The notes under the pieces: generated by a model
The model's database searches: none
Told to the model about the DNA's origin: nothing
The model's input: only the letters and a program-made list of their open reading frames with translations
DNA from: Myxococcota bacterium
Lineage (GTDB): Bacteria > Myxococcota_A > UBA9160 > UBA6930
DNA: 64,000 nucleotides
Direction: 5' to 3'
Assembly: GCA_965223415.1 (NCBI GenBank)
Contig: OZ245002.1
Span: 128,001-192,000 of the forward strand
Shown here: piece by piece, positions 10,301-20,144 of the stretch
Position numbering within the stretch: the stretch's first letter is position 1
How the letters are laid out: each line of letters opens with the position of its first letter
Position numbers and translations under genes: made by a program

Positions 10301-11137
10301 CTAGCGGCGAGCCGTGACGACCCAGCAGCCGGAGCCGAGCTGCACCGAGCCGCCTCCCCCCGCCACGTCGAAAGCGCTACGGACCGCACTCTCCACTTTG
10401 GCCCGCGTAGCCGGCTCGGCCCCGCTCTCGCGGAGGGCGGCCGCCACCGGCCCCACCTGCAGGAACATGGCGACCGCGTCGTCGAGGTCGCCGCCCCCGG
10501 GCGCCATGGCGACGTCCTCCGGACGCACGACGACCTCGCCGAAGCCCGCGCCCTCGAGGATGCCGCGCACCCGCTCGCCGTCGGCGAAGGAGAGCATGCC
10601 CGGAGCGCCCGGCGGCGGAGGCGGCGGCAGCTCCAGCAGGGGCGCCGCGGCCGCCATCGGCACGGTGATCCAGGGGTTGTCCTGGGGGCCGCGCCAGCAG
10701 ACGAAGGCCAGCCGGCCGCCGGGCCGCAAGGCGCGGTGGAAGTTCGCGAAGGCAGTGTCCGGATCCTCGAAGAACATCACGCCGAAGCGCGAGAACACCG
10801 CATCGAAGCTCTCCGGCTCGATGGTGACGACGGCTGCGTCGCCCACCTCCAACGTCACGTTGGCGGCGCCGTCTTCCCCGACCCGTTGGCGCGCGCGAGC
10901 GAGCATGGGCGCCGAGACGTCGAGCCCGTGCACGCGCCCCTCGGACCCGACCCGCGAGGCGAGGGCGAGGACGGTGTCGCCGCAGCCACAGCCCACGTCG
11001 AGCACCGCCTCGCCGGGCTTCGGGGCCAGGGCCTCGAGGGCGAGGCGGCCGTGGGGCTCGATCTGGCGGTCGAGCCGCTCCTGCCAGGTGACCCAGATCT
11101 CGCCATGGGCGTTCCAGAACTCGGCCTGCGTGGTCAT
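10301..11137 (-). CDS. Class I SAM-dependent methyltransferase
   Basis: VLDVGCGCG, GLDVSAPML, FDAVFSRFGVMFF, LRPGGRLAF. Confidence 0.92.
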   Translation of the reverse strand: MTTQAEFWNAHGEIWVTWQERLDRQIEPHGRLALEALAPKPGEAVLDVGCGCGDTVLALASRVGSEGRVHGLDVSAPMLARARQRVGEDGAANVTLEVGDAAVVTIEPESFDAVFSRFGVMFFEDPDTAFANFHRALRPGGRLAFVCWRGPQDNPWITVPMAAAAPLLELPPPPPPGAPGMLSFADGERVRGILEGAGFGEVVVRPEDVAMAPGGGDLDDAVAMFLQVGPVAAALRESGAEPATRAKVESAVRSAFDVAGGGGSVQLGSGCWVVTARR

Positions 11138-11163
11138 GGCCGCGAGCGTAGCGCGCGCGGCGA

Positions 11164-12813
11164 CTAGCCTCGGGGGCCAGGGCCCTGCGCGGACTTCGCC
11201 GCCGCATGGGCGGGATCGAGCCGGAGCGCTTCGGCGAACGCCGCCGTCGCCCGCGCTTCGTCTCCCAGCCGGCGAGCGCTCTCGCCGAGCCAGTAGTGGG
11301 CGTCGGCCCAGTGAGGCGAGAGCCGCACGGCGGCCTCCGCCTGGGGCAGGGCGGCGCGGGGGTCATCGGCGGCGAGGAGGGCCCGGACGTAGACGATGCG
11401 AGGGCGCGCCGAGCTCGGAAGCAGCTTCACCGAGGCATCGCCTTCCCGTCGCGCGGTCTCCACGTCGTCACGATCCAGGGCTTCCTTGGCGCGGATGTAG
11501 GCGGAGAGCGCGCGGACCCCGTCCTTCGGGTCGACGCCGGTCGCTTGGGGAGCGCGTTCGGGAATCACGTAGCCGAGGGAGCGCAGGCGTTCCCGGGTCT
11601 CGGGGTCGAGATCGCCCTGCTTCGCCGGGCGGCCGCCGCCTCGTGTCGCGACAACGAAGTCGGCGAGCGTGCTCGCCAGCTGCGTGTGGTCGGGCTCCGG
11701 ATCCTCCAGGAGGTTCCGCTGCTGGGCGGCGTCAGCGTAGAGCTCGGGGCGCGGCGCGTCCACGTAGAGATGGGTGCGGGAACGGGCCGCGTAGAGCGGT
11801 GCCCAGCCGAAGTCGAGCTGGGTCGCCAGGGTCTCGGCGTAGACGGCGTGAGGCTCCTCTCCGGCCGCGAGCAGATCGACTCCCCGCGCACTCGCGAGGG
11901 AGCCCGTGCCGAGCCGTCCGAGCAGCGTCGGCGCCACGTCGGCGAGGCTCCCGAGCCGCTCGGACACCTCGCCCTTGGGCACACCGGGCCCGGCCAGGAT
12001 CAACGGCACGTGCTGGGTCGCGTCGTACAGGGTGAGGGCGTGGCTCTTCTCGCCGTGCTCCCCGAGGCTCTCGCCGTGATCCGCCGTGACGGCGACCAGC
12101 GTCCGCGCCGACAGCTCCCGGGCACGCAGGTGGTCGAGCAGGCGTCCGACGGCCGCGTCCGTCGCAGCCACCTCGCCGAGGTAGGGCTCGTCGCGAAACG
12201 ACTCGGCCCACGGAGCCGGCGGCTCGTAGGGCGCGTGGGGGTCGAAGTAGTGGACCCACAGGAAGAAGGGCGCCTCTTCGTCCCGTTGCGCCTCGAGCCA
12301 GGCCAGGGCGCGCCCGGTCGTCACCGAGGCGGGCCGCTCCGCATAGAGCGCGCCGCGGTTGTCCCCGCCCGGCTCGTCGTACACGCCGAAGCCCTGGGCG
12401 ATGCCGAAGCGCGCCTCGAGCACCGCGGCACTGACGAAGGCAGCGCTGGTGTAGCCGTCGGCGCTGAGGCGCTCGGCCAGGGTCTCCACCGCGGCAGGCA
12501 GGACGAAGGCGCCGTTGTTGCGCACGCCGTGCTCGGGCGGAAGCAGGCCGGTCATGATCGTGCTGTGGGCGGGCATGGTCAGCGGAGCGGGGGAGTACAC
12601 CCGCGTGAAGCGGGTACCGTCCCGGGCCAGCCCGTCGAGCACCGGTGTCGGATGACCGGCCCCATAGCTCCCGAGCGCGTCGGCGCGGAGCGTATCGATG
12701 GTGACCAGCAGCAGGTTCGACGGAAGGTCGTCGGGCCGGACCTCGACGCGACCGCAGGCCGCTGGCGCAAGCGAGAGGAGGACGACCAGGAGCTGGATGG
12801 TGCGGTGCCGCAT
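11164..12813 (-). CDS. 'Sulfatase-like' hydrolase/transferase lipoprotein with short TPR tail (paralog 2)
   Basis: Signal ...LAPAAC; DTLRADA, LTMPAHSTIMTG, WVHYFDPH, TADHGE, RLRSLGY; alternative start at 12831. Confidence 0.85.
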   Translation of the reverse strand: MRHRTIQLLVVLLSLAPAACGRVEVRPDDLPSNLLLVTIDTLRADALGSYGAGHPTPVLDGLARDGTRFTRVYSPAPLTMPAHSTIMTGLLPPEHGVRNNGAFVLPAAVETLAERLSADGYTSAAFVSAAVLEARFGIAQGFGVYDEPGGDNRGALYAERPASVTTGRALAWLEAQRDEEAPFFLWVHYFDPHAPYEPPAPWAESFRDEPYLGEVAATDAAVGRLLDHLRARELSARTLVAVTADHGESLGEHGEKSHALTLYDATQHVPLILAGPGVPKGEVSERLGSLADVAPTLLGRLGTGSLASARGVDLLAAGEEPHAVYAETLATQLDFGWAPLYAARSRTHLYVDAPRPELYADAAQQRNLLEDPEPDHTQLASTLADFVVATRGGGRPAKQGDLDPETRERLRSLGYVIPERAPQATGVDPKDGVRALSAYIRAKEALDRDDVETARREGDASVKLLPSSARPRIVYVRALLAADDPRAALPQAEAAVRLSPHWADAHYWLGESARRLGDEARATAAFAEALRLDPAHAAAKSAQGPGPRG

Positions 12814-12829
12814 CGGCCTGCCTGCCCTC

Positions 12830-12854
12830 ATCGGCGGGCCGCGACCGGCCTTGA
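12830..12854 (-). promoter_or_regulatory. sigma28-like promoter motif TCAAG-N14-GCCGAT
   Basis: Lies in the short gap between paralogs 1 and 2. Confidence 0.6.
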
Positions 12855-12871
12855 GGTCGGGCGCGCTGCCC

Positions 12872-14977
12872 TCACGAGGCCCCTTCCCTCTCGACCCGCG
12901 CGAGGAGCGCCCGGGCTCCCTGGTGGCCCGGGTCCTTCTCCACCACCGAGCGGAGCACGCTCGCAGCGCGGTCGTATTCGGCCCGCGCCGCGTAGACCAT
13001 GGCGAGGCGAACCGCGAGGTCCGGGGCCTGGGCCTCGTCCGCGGCCGCCCGGGCATGGCGGGCGCTGGGAGCGGCGTCGCCCAGGCGCGCGTACTGGATG
13101 GCGAGCCGCATCTGGAGTCGCCCGTAGTCCGGGAAAGCCTCGGCGGCGCGACGATAGACCTCGAGGGCGCGCTCGTAGTCCCCTGTTCGCTCCCAGTATT
13201 CGCCGGCAAGCTCGTGGGCGTCGCCTCCCGCGGCGGGCAGCTCGACGATGCGGGCGGCCAGCGTCCCGGCCCGAGCGGCGTCCTGATGCATCAGCAGCCG
13301 GAGCGCCCCCGCGTGGGCGGCGGGGCTCTCGGGATCGCGCTCGATCGCCGCCTCGAAGGCCGCCAGCGCGGCGCCCGGATCCCGGCGCGCCTCGTGCACC
13401 TCGGCCAGGAACAGCCAGGGCTGGGCCCGATCCCCTGCGACCTCGGTGGCGCGCCGGGCCGGCGCCAGGGCCAGGTCCGGCTGCTCCGCGGCCAGGTGGA
13501 TTCGCGCGCGCAGGTCGAGCATGCGCGCGCTGTCGGGGAACCTCTCGAGCACCCGCCCGACCTTCTCCAGGGCCGAGTCGAGCCGGCCGTTCTGGAACTC
13601 GGCAGCGGCCTCCCAGCCCAGGCGCGCCCAGGGGAAGGCCTCCCGCGGGCTCGGGCCCGCCTGGGCGGCCTCGCGGGGCGGGGCGTCGGGCACCACGTAG
13701 CCCAGGGCTTCGACCTGGGCGCGGCGCGCGTCCGAGACCGGCGAGGGGCGCAGGGCCCGTTCGCGCTCCAGCACCCGGTCGAGGCGTGCGGCCGCGGCCT
13801 CGGCGAGCGAGCTCGCCTCGGGATCGTCGCCCGTGGCGAAGAGGTCGTGCAGCTGACCGGGATCCTCGGCCACGTCGTACAGCTCCGGATCCGGAGCCTG
13901 GATGTAGTGGTGGCTATCGCTCCGGATCGCGTAGGAGGCGCTCCAGCCGTGGTCGAGCCAGGGCGCCAGGGATTCCGCGTAGGCCCATCCCGTTTCACCG
14001 GGCTGCCCGCCCTTCACGACCGACGAGAGATCCGGCACGTCGGTCTCGGCGAGCCCGGGGACGCCGGCCAGCGCGAGCAGGGTCGGCGCGATGCTGGCGT
14101 TCGAGACCACCGGAGCCACACGCCCCGGACGAGCGCCCGGTCCGGCCACGACCCACGGAACGAGCAGGTCGGCGTCGTAGACCAGATAGCTGTGGCCGGG
14201 CTCGCCGTGCTCCCCCAGGCCTTCACCGTGGTCGGAGGTGACCGAGATCCAGACGTCGTCGCCCCCCGGACGCTCGCCCACCGCGGCCAGCAGGCGCCCG
14301 AGCTGGTGATCCACGAAGGCGATCTCACCGGAGTACGGATCGTCGCCGAAGCGCGCGTCGAAGGGAGGGGGCGGCTGGTAGGCGACGTGGGGATCGTAGT
14401 AGTGCACCCAGAGGAAGAAGGGCCCGTCGGTCCCCTCCAGCCACTCGAGGGCGCGATCGGTCACCTCGTCCGCTCGCCGCTCCGGGAAGCCGATGGAGCT
14501 CGCCGCGTCGGCGAAGCCGGCTTCGTCGTAGCGATCGAATCCGCGATCCAGGCCGAACTCCGACGCCAGGACCGACGCACCGACGACGGCCGCCGTGCTC
14601 CAGCCACGTCCTTGGAGCTCGCTGGCGAGCGTCGGGATCTCGGCGGGAAGCCGGAACACCGCGTTGTGTCGCACGCCGTGACTCGGCGGGTAGCGCCCGG
14701 TCAGGATCGAGGCGTGGGAGGGAAGCGTGAGCGGCGCCGTCGCCACCGCCGCTTCGAAGACCACACCACGAGCGGCGAGCGCGTCCAGGTTCGGCGTCGC
14801 GCCGGTCGTGGCACCGTACGCACCGACGTGGTCGGCGCGCAGGGTGTCGATCGTGACGAGCAGGAACGACGGGGGGACCGGCCCGGATCCGCCGATGGGG
14901 CCCGAGTCACACGCCCCGAGAGCCAGCGAGGCCGCGACGAGGACCACCCATCGATGCTTCGATCCACCCGGTTGCAT
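12872..14977 (-). CDS. 'Sulfatase-like' hydrolase/transferase lipoprotein with C-terminal TPRs (paralog 1)
   Basis: Lipobox LALGAC; DTLRADH, LTLPSHASILTG, WVHYYDPH, TSDHGE, VEALGY, TPR-like repeats. Confidence 0.85.
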   Translation of the reverse strand: MQPGGSKHRWVVLVAASLALGACDSGPIGGSGPVPPSFLLVTIDTLRADHVGAYGATTGATPNLDALAARGVVFEAAVATAPLTLPSHASILTGRYPPSHGVRHNAVFRLPAEIPTLASELQGRGWSTAAVVGASVLASEFGLDRGFDRYDEAGFADAASSIGFPERRADEVTDRALEWLEGTDGPFFLWVHYYDPHVAYQPPPPFDARFGDDPYSGEIAFVDHQLGRLLAAVGERPGGDDVWISVTSDHGEGLGEHGEPGHSYLVYDADLLVPWVVAGPGARPGRVAPVVSNASIAPTLLALAGVPGLAETDVPDLSSVVKGGQPGETGWAYAESLAPWLDHGWSASYAIRSDSHHYIQAPDPELYDVAEDPGQLHDLFATGDDPEASSLAEAAAARLDRVLERERALRPSPVSDARRAQVEALGYVVPDAPPREAAQAGPSPREAFPWARLGWEAAAEFQNGRLDSALEKVGRVLERFPDSARMLDLRARIHLAAEQPDLALAPARRATEVAGDRAQPWLFLAEVHEARRDPGAALAAFEAAIERDPESPAAHAGALRLLMHQDAARAGTLAARIVELPAAGGDAHELAGEYWERTGDYERALEVYRRAAEAFPDYGRLQMRLAIQYARLGDAAPSARHARAAADEAQAPDLAVRLAMVYAARAEYDRAASVLRSVVEKDPGHQGARALLARVEREGAS

Positions 14978-14987
14978 CCAAGACGGG

Positions 14988-15013
14988 ATCGGCCTCCCGC
15001 CCCTTCGAGTTGA
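14988..15013 (-). promoter_or_regulatory. sigma28-like promoter motif TCAAC-N15-GCCGAT
   Basis: Lies in the 49-nt pilD-paralog 1 gap; ATG 10 nt downstream. Confidence 0.65.
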
Positions 15014-15026
15014 ATGCGGGCCGGGC

Positions 15027-15893
15027 CTAGGGGAGCAGTCCCACGAACCAGACCGGCGGTGCCAGCACCACGGCGAGGGCCGCCAGGACGATCGCCGGGC
15101 CGAAGCCGAAGGGGACGTCCGCCGCCCGCCGCATCACGGCTGCGACGCCGCCCCAGACCAGCCCGACCAGCGCGGCGCCGATGATCGTCAGGACCACACC
15201 CGCCGGGCCCACGCCGGCGCCGACCAGCGCCATGAGCTTGACGTCGCCGAAGCCGAGGCCCGGGAACCAGGTCCAGTAGTCGACGCTGCCGAGGACGGGA
15301 AAGTCCTCTCCCTCGTCGGGCCAGTGGGGAAAGCGCCGCCCCATCGCCGCCGAGACCCGCGCGTGGCCGAAGCCGACGATCCACAGGAAGCCCGCACCGA
15401 TCGCCGCCCCGAGGAGCGAATCCGCGAGGGCCGCGAGGTAGGGCGCGCCGGCGAGGGCCGTGGCTGCCGGCACCGCCGCGAGCGCGAACAGGGCACCGCC
15501 GAGGGACAGGCCGTCGGGAATGAACTGGTGGTCGAAGTCGATCAGTGCCGCCGCGACGAGGATGGCGGCGATCACCAACCACACCGGGAGCAGAGGTGTC
15601 GGCCCCAGCCGCAGAGCGAGGGTCGCGAAGAGCAGACCCGTTGCCAGCTCCACCAGCGGGTAGCGGGCCGAGATCCCCCGGCCGCAGTGCCGGCAGCGGC
15701 CCCGCAGGATCAGGTAGGAGAGCACGGGAACGTTGTCCCAGGCGGCGATCGTTCGCCGGCAGCCCGGGCAGCGTGAACGGGGGGTGACCACCGACTCCTC
15801 GAGGGGAACCCGGTGGATCACGACGTTCAGGAAGGAGCCCACGATCAGCCCCAGCACGAAGGCGCCGAGCGCGAGGAGGTGGAGAAGCGTCAC
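15027..15893 (-). CDS. pilD: Prepilin peptidase / N-methyltransferase
   Basis: [52 protein letters not shown]-like C-terminus. Confidence 0.95.
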   Translation of the reverse strand: MTLLHLLALGAFVLGLIVGSFLNVVIHRVPLEESVVTPRSRCPGCRRTIAAWDNVPVLSYLILRGRCRHCGRGISARYPLVELATGLLFATLALRLGPTPLLPVWLVIAAILVAAALIDFDHQFIPDGLSLGGALFALAAVPAATALAGAPYLAALADSLLGAAIGAGFLWIVGFGHARVSAAMGRRFPHWPDEGEDFPVLGSVDYWTWFPGLGFGDVKLMALVGAGVGPAGVVLTIIGAALVGLVWGGVAAVMRRAADVPFGFGPAIVLAALAVVLAPPVWFVGLLP

Positions 15894-15918
15894 GGAGTTC
15901 CAGGTGCCGGGCGCCGGG

Positions 15919-16698
15919 TCAGCGGAAATCGCGGCGTTCGAAGACCAGCACCGCGATGGTCAGGAACGCAACGCACCAGGCGGCTCCCATGACGGTAGCG
16001 AAGGCCACGTCGGAAGCCGCGATCGGCAGGCCGTGCACGGCCTCGATGGTCCAGTTGAACGACTCGAGATCCGGAAGCAGGCGGTGCAGCCACAACGTCG
16101 CTTCCCTCACGAGCTCGGAGCCCGAGGCATCGCCGATCGCGCGGAGGTCCCGGGTCATGTGCCCGATCAGGTAGAAGCCCACGCTGTAGCAGCTGGCCAG
16201 GAAGGGCGTGGCGAAGCACGAGAAGAGCGTGGCGATGGAGACCAGCACGGCCAGCTCCATGCCGACGGCTCCCAGGGCCACCAGGGTGGAGGAGCCGATC
16301 GGAGCCTCCGTGAGCACGGACACACCGAGGAAGCCCGCGGACATGACGAGGAGCATCAGCCACAGCGTCGCCAGCAGCCCGAGGTACTTGCCGACCAGGA
16401 AGTCCGCCCTGAACACCGGTTTCGAGAGGATGGTGAAGATGGTGCGCCGCTCCACCTCCCGATGGACCAGCCCCACACCGATGAAGACGGCGATCGCCGC
16501 CCCGAACAGCCGGATCGCGGCGAGGCCGACGTCCTGGAGAATGCGCTCCCGTTCGACGTAGGAGAGGCTCGCGAGGAGCACGCTCATGCCGATCAGCAGC
16601 ATCGCGAAGAAGAGCAGGACGTAGAGGACCTTGTTACGCACGGCGTCGCGCACCGTGTGGCGAGCGATCACCGCGATCCTGGAGAGCCTCACCCTCAT
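15919..16698 (-). CDS. ABC transporter permease (Myxococcus PilI-like)
   Basis: [47 protein letters not shown]; about 6 hydrophobic segments; ATG overlaps the ATPase stop. Confidence 0.85.
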   Translation of the reverse strand: MRVRLSRIAVIARHTVRDAVRNKVLYVLLFFAMLLIGMSVLLASLSYVERERILQDVGLAAIRLFGAAIAVFIGVGLVHREVERRTIFTILSKPVFRADFLVGKYLGLLATLWLMLLVMSAGFLGVSVLTEAPIGSSTLVALGAVGMELAVLVSIATLFSCFATPFLASCYSVGFYLIGHMTRDLRAIGDASGSELVREATLWLHRLLPDLESFNWTIEAVHGLPIAASDVAFATVMGAAWCVAFLTIAVLVFERRDFR

Positions 16699-17636
16699 CG
16701 CTCTCCCTCCCCGATGGCGGCCATGAACAGGTCCTCCAGGCCTCCGCGCAGGGGCATGGCCGAGAGCACGTGGGCGCCGTCGGCGACGATCTCGCCGAGC
16801 ACCTGGTCCACGCGCTTGCTGGCGACCCGCACCTCGATGCGGCCGCCCCGGCCCCGCAGCTCGGCTCCGTGCTCCGTCTCGAGACGCTCTGCGAGCCCGG
16901 CCGAGAGGCCCATCGCGATGATGTCGACCAGCCCGCCGTCGGCCGCACGCAGCTCCTGTGCGCTGGCCTGGTGGACGATGCGACCGCCCACGATGATCGC
17001 GATGCGGTCGCAGATCATCTCGACGTCCGAGAGGATGTGGGTGTTCATGAAGATCGTCTTCCCCTCCTCGTGGAGGTGGAGGATCAGGTCGCGGATCTCC
17101 TTGCGGCCCACCGGGTCGAGGCCGCTCATCGGCTCGTCCAGGAACAAAACCTCCGGGTCGTGGACGAGGGCCTGGGCGATGCCGATGCGCTGCAGCATGC
17201 CCTTCGAGTAAGTGCGCAGACGCTGGCCCCCGGCGTGACCCAGACCGATCTGCTCGAGCAGCTCCTGGGTGCGGGCGCGGGCCCGCGCCGGGGAGAGCCC
17301 GCACAGCCTCGAGTAGAACTCCAGGGTCTCGCGCCCGGTCAGGAAGTCATAGAAGTAGGGGCCCTCGGGCAGGAAGCCCACGTGGCGGCGGAACGCGACT
17401 TCCGACACGTCGTGCCCGAGGATCCGCGCGCACCCGCCGGTCGGACGGATCAGACCCATCAGGATCTTGAGCGTCGTGGTCTTCCCGGCGCCATTCGGTC
17501 CGATGAAGCCGAAGATCTCGCCCTTGTGCACCTCCAGGGCAATGCCTTCGAGCACCCGCTTGCGGCGAAGGCCGAAGCCGGGACGGAAGTCCTTCGTCAG
17601 GCCCTCGATCTCGATGATAGGCTGCCCCTCACTCAC
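16695..17636 (-). CDS. ABC transporter ATP-binding protein (Myxococcus PilH-like)
   Basis: [29 protein letters not shown]; lies between pilins and pilD. Confidence 0.92.
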   Translation of the reverse strand: MSEGQPIIEIEGLTKDFRPGFGLRRKRVLEGIALEVHKGEIFGFIGPNGAGKTTTLKILMGLIRPTGGCARILGHDVSEVAFRRHVGFLPEGPYFYDFLTGRETLEFYSRLCGLSPARARARTQELLEQIGLGHAGGQRLRTYSKGMLQRIGIAQALVHDPEVLFLDEPMSGLDPVGRKEIRDLILHLHEEGKTIFMNTHILSDVEMICDRIAIIVGGRIVHQASAQELRAADGGLVDIIAMGLSAGLAERLETEHGAELRGRGGRIEVRVASKRVDQVLGEIVADGAHVLSAMPLRGGLEDLFMAAIGEGER

Positions 17637-18546
17637 GGTTGCTGTCTTCCCCCCTTGCCTTCATCGCCTCCACACGCTGGCGATTCGTCAGGTCGATCTG
17701 CGGCTCGTAGCGGTGCCCGAGCCTGGCCGAGACGATCACGCCCGCCGCGTCGAGCGCCCAGCCCTCGCCGAACGGCTCGGCGGGGAGCGCCCGCAGCACC
17801 GGCGCCGATCCGGAGGCCAGCTCCTCGACCCGCTCGATGTCCCGGCCGTGGCGTTCCCGGAAGGCGGCGCGAGCGCGGTCCAGCAGGCGGGCCCGACGCT
17901 CCGTCTCGATCTCCTTGAGCGTCCACTCGTAGATCTGGCGGGTGCGGGTATCCGCCTCGTCGGTACCCCGCAGCAGGGTCGCCACGAAGGCCGCCGCTGC
18001 CGCGAGCCCCTCCCGATCGCTGCGCAGGCGGGCCGCAAGGCTTCCCAGGTAGCGGGGAGCGTCTTCGAGGTGGACGGCCCCGGCCAGGATGTCCGCCGCG
18101 CGCTCATTCTCGCCCAGGTAGAAGAAGTGGTTGAAGGCGAGGTAGAAGCGGTTCCGCCACTCGCCCGGATGGGCCTCGATCCCCCGCTCGAGGAGCTCGT
18201 TCGCCTTGCGCACCGCCGCCAGGTCGTCGGTCATCCACAGGGCGGCGAAGCGGTAGGGATGGTCCACCCGGGGGTTGAGGTCGGTCACCAGGTCCACGAG
18301 AGCGCCGATCCGATGGCTCTGCCCGACCGGGCCTCCTCGGCCTCCGCCGAGCTGGACCGCCTGGAGCCAGTAGGCGTCCGCCAGCAGGGCGTCGAAGCCC
18401 GCCGAGAACAGCTTGGCCGTGGTGGCATCGGGGAGGTAGCCCTCACCGCGGTTCGTCCGGGGCTCCGCCGGGAGCTGGGCATGGCTCGCGCCGATGGCCG
18501 TGCCCGCGGCCAACAGCAGGACCAGTCTGGATCCCCAACCCACCAT
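17629..18546 (-). CDS. Pilus-associated TPR-like protein (Myxococcus PilG-like)
   Basis: N-terminal hydrophobic segment, LADAYWLQAVQ, VTDLNP, LLERG motifs; syntenic position after pilA. Confidence 0.7.
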   Translation of the reverse strand: MVGWGSRLVLLLAAGTAIGASHAQLPAEPRTNRGEGYLPDATTAKLFSAGFDALLADAYWLQAVQLGGGRGGPVGQSHRIGALVDLVTDLNPRVDHPYRFAALWMTDDLAAVRKANELLERGIEAHPGEWRNRFYLAFNHFFYLGENERAADILAGAVHLEDAPRYLGSLAARLRSDREGLAAAAAFVATLLRGTDEADTRTRQIYEWTLKEIETERRARLLDRARAAFRERHGRDIERVEELASGSAPVLRALPAEPFGEGWALDAAGVIVSARLGHRYEPQIDLTNRQRVEAMKARGEDSNRE

Positions 18547-18580
18547 CCGATGCTCGTCCCCTCCTCCGGTAGGACGCTCT

Positions 18581-18605
18581 ATCGGCCAGGCACGGCGCCT
18601 GCTGA
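18581..18605 (-). promoter_or_regulatory. sigma28-like promoter motif TCAGC-N14-GCCGAT(A)
   Basis: Lies between the pilin-2 stop and the GGAGGAGG of the pilG-like gene. Confidence 0.55.
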
Positions 18606-18611
18606 AGGGAC

Positions 18612-19166
18612 TCAGAACTCCGTGCGGCCGTCGAGGGCGGTGCACGGCCCGACGGTGTCGAAGGCACCGAGCGGGTTGGCGGGATCGAAGACACCGACGC
18701 CGGTGCAGCCCGGAGCGATGGTGGAGGCCTGCCCGAGCGCGGCTCCGGCGGCGGGGTGGACGTAGCCCAGGTCGGAGAAGACCAGGTTGTTGTCCAGGTC
18801 CCCCAACGCCGCGGCCGTGAAGGCGGTGTTGGCTGCGTTGGTGTCCACGCCGTAGGTGAAGTGGACTGCGCCTTCGGGGATGAAGCCGATGAGATCGAAG
18901 CTCACGATGCCGCCACCGGCCCAGACGCGCTTGCCGAGAGTGGGCGCGCCTGCCGGGGTCGCAGGCGCCGCCACGTAGACGCCGAACTCGGAGAAGTAGG
19001 CGGCCTCGGCCGTGGCGATCGCCTTCAGGTTCCCGCGCGCCTCACTGATGCGGCTTCGCAGCTGGAACTGACGGAAGTTGGAGATGGCCGTGGCGGCGAG
19101 GACGCCGATGATCGCCACCACGATCATCAGCTCGATCAGGGTGAATGCGTTTCGTCGCCGGGTCAT
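18612..19166 (-). CDS. Type IVa pilin, second paralog
   Basis: MTRRRNA|FTLIELMIVVAIIGVLAATAISNF...; SD GGAAGG; two C-terminal Cys. Confidence 0.9.
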   Translation of the reverse strand: MTRRRNAFTLIELMIVVAIIGVLAATAISNFRQFQLRSRISEARGNLKAIATAEAAYFSEFGVYVAAPATPAGAPTLGKRVWAGGGIVSFDLIGFIPEGAVHFTYGVDTNAANTAFTAAALGDLDNNLVFSDLGYVHPAAGAALGQASTIAPGCTGVGVFDPANPLGAFDTVGPCTALDGRTEF

Positions 19167-19227
19167 GGTCGAGTCCTTCCTGGCCTTCCAGCGGAGGAAC
19201 ACTGCAGGCTCTCGGACCGGTGAACAC

Positions 19228-19244
19228 AGCAAGATGCGGGCCAG
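19228..19244 (-). promoter_or_regulatory. sigma54 promoter of pilin 2
   Basis: CTGGCCCGCATCTTGCT, one mismatch to TGGCACG-N4-TTGC. Confidence 0.75.
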
Positions 19245-19397
19245 ACCGGCCGCGCCCCTCGGAGCGTCGCAGCCGAGGCTCCAAGTAGGCGGCTCACAGT
19301 GCATTTCGCGACCGGGTGCGAAGCCACGTCGAAGCGTGACGAATGAGCCAAACGACGAATTGCGGCACTGGCGCCGGGGAGCGTCACCCGTGCTCCC

Positions 19398-19434
19398 AAG
19401 AAAAGACGGGGGCCGGCGCGAACGCCGACCCCCG
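19398..19434 (-). terminator. Intrinsic terminator after pilA
   Basis: 12-bp stem CGGGGGTCGGCG-TTCG-CGCCGGCCCCCG followed by TCTTTTCTT. Confidence 0.8.
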
Positions 19435-19461
19435 CTTCTCGTCGAGGACGATCGAGCGAGT

Positions 19462-20025
19462 CTAGAACTGGCTCTGACCGTCGAGCTGGGCGCAGCCACC
19501 GACCGCGTTCAGCACGTCGAGGGCCGTGGTCACGGCGTTGTACACGCCGGTCGCCGCGCAGCCCGCGCCGCTGTAGGCCGGCACCGTCGAAGCAGCGGCC
19601 GCACCCGGAACCGGGTGGATGTACGCGAAGTCGGAGGTCGTGGTGTCGCCGTCCAGGTCGCCGGCGGCCACGGCCATGTAGTCGGCGTTGTTCGTGCCGA
19701 CGGCGTACGAGTAGAACACCGAGCCTTCCGGCGCCCAACCCATGATCTCGAAGCCGTGGGTGGTGGCCGGGGTCCAGACCTGCTTGCTGGTCAGGAGGGC
19801 ACCGGGGTAGTCGGTCGCGCCGACGTAGGTGCCGTACTCGGCGAAGTAGCTCTCCTCCGCGGTGCGGATGGCGGCCAGGTTGGTCCGGGCCTCACCGGTC
19901 TTCGAGCGGAGCTGGAAGCGGAGGAAGTTGGGAATGGCGATGGCCGCCAGGATCCCGATGATGGCGACGACGATCATCAGCTCGATGAGCGTGAAGCCGC
20001 GCTTGCGGTTGAGAAGCTTTCGCAT
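19462..20025 (-). CDS. pilA: Type IVa major pilin
   Basis: MRKLLNRKRG|FTLIELMIVVAIIGILAAIAIPNF; strong SD AAGGAG; sigma54 promoter and own terminator. Confidence 0.93.
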   Translation of the reverse strand: MRKLLNRKRGFTLIELMIVVAIIGILAAIAIPNFLRFQLRSKTGEARTNLAAIRTAEESYFAEYGTYVGATDYPGALLTSKQVWTPATTHGFEIMGWAPEGSVFYSYAVGTNNADYMAVAAGDLDGDTTTSDFAYIHPVPGAAAASTVPAYSGAGCAATGVYNAVTTALDVLNAVGGCAQLDGQSQF

Positions 20026-20127
20026 GGGGTGTTGTCTCCTTGTCCGAGCCTGGCCTCGCGGGCGACCTGCCTACGACTTGCCTTGGCCCGCGGGCCTCGG
20101 CTCGGATCGGCGTTCGGGGCAGGGAAA

Positions 20128-20144
20128 AGCAACCGCCGTGCCAA
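20128..20144 (-). promoter_or_regulatory. sigma54 promoter of pilA
   Basis: TTGGCACGGCGGTTGCT, perfect -24/-12 consensus. Confidence 0.88.

Noticed and set aside
10301..11137. Methyltransferase as part of the sulfatase-like/pilus system
   Set aside because: It lacks the sigma28-like motif, has its own sigma70-like element and belongs to a generic family; more likely an independent insertion, though not excluded.
19462..20025. PilA as a conductive 'e-pilin' (20 F/Y/W in 177 mature residues; aromatics at 1, 24, 27, 50, 51, 57)
   Set aside because: These N-terminal positions are shared with ordinary myxobacterial pilins, the aromatic criterion is contested, and no multiheme cytochromes are present in the window.
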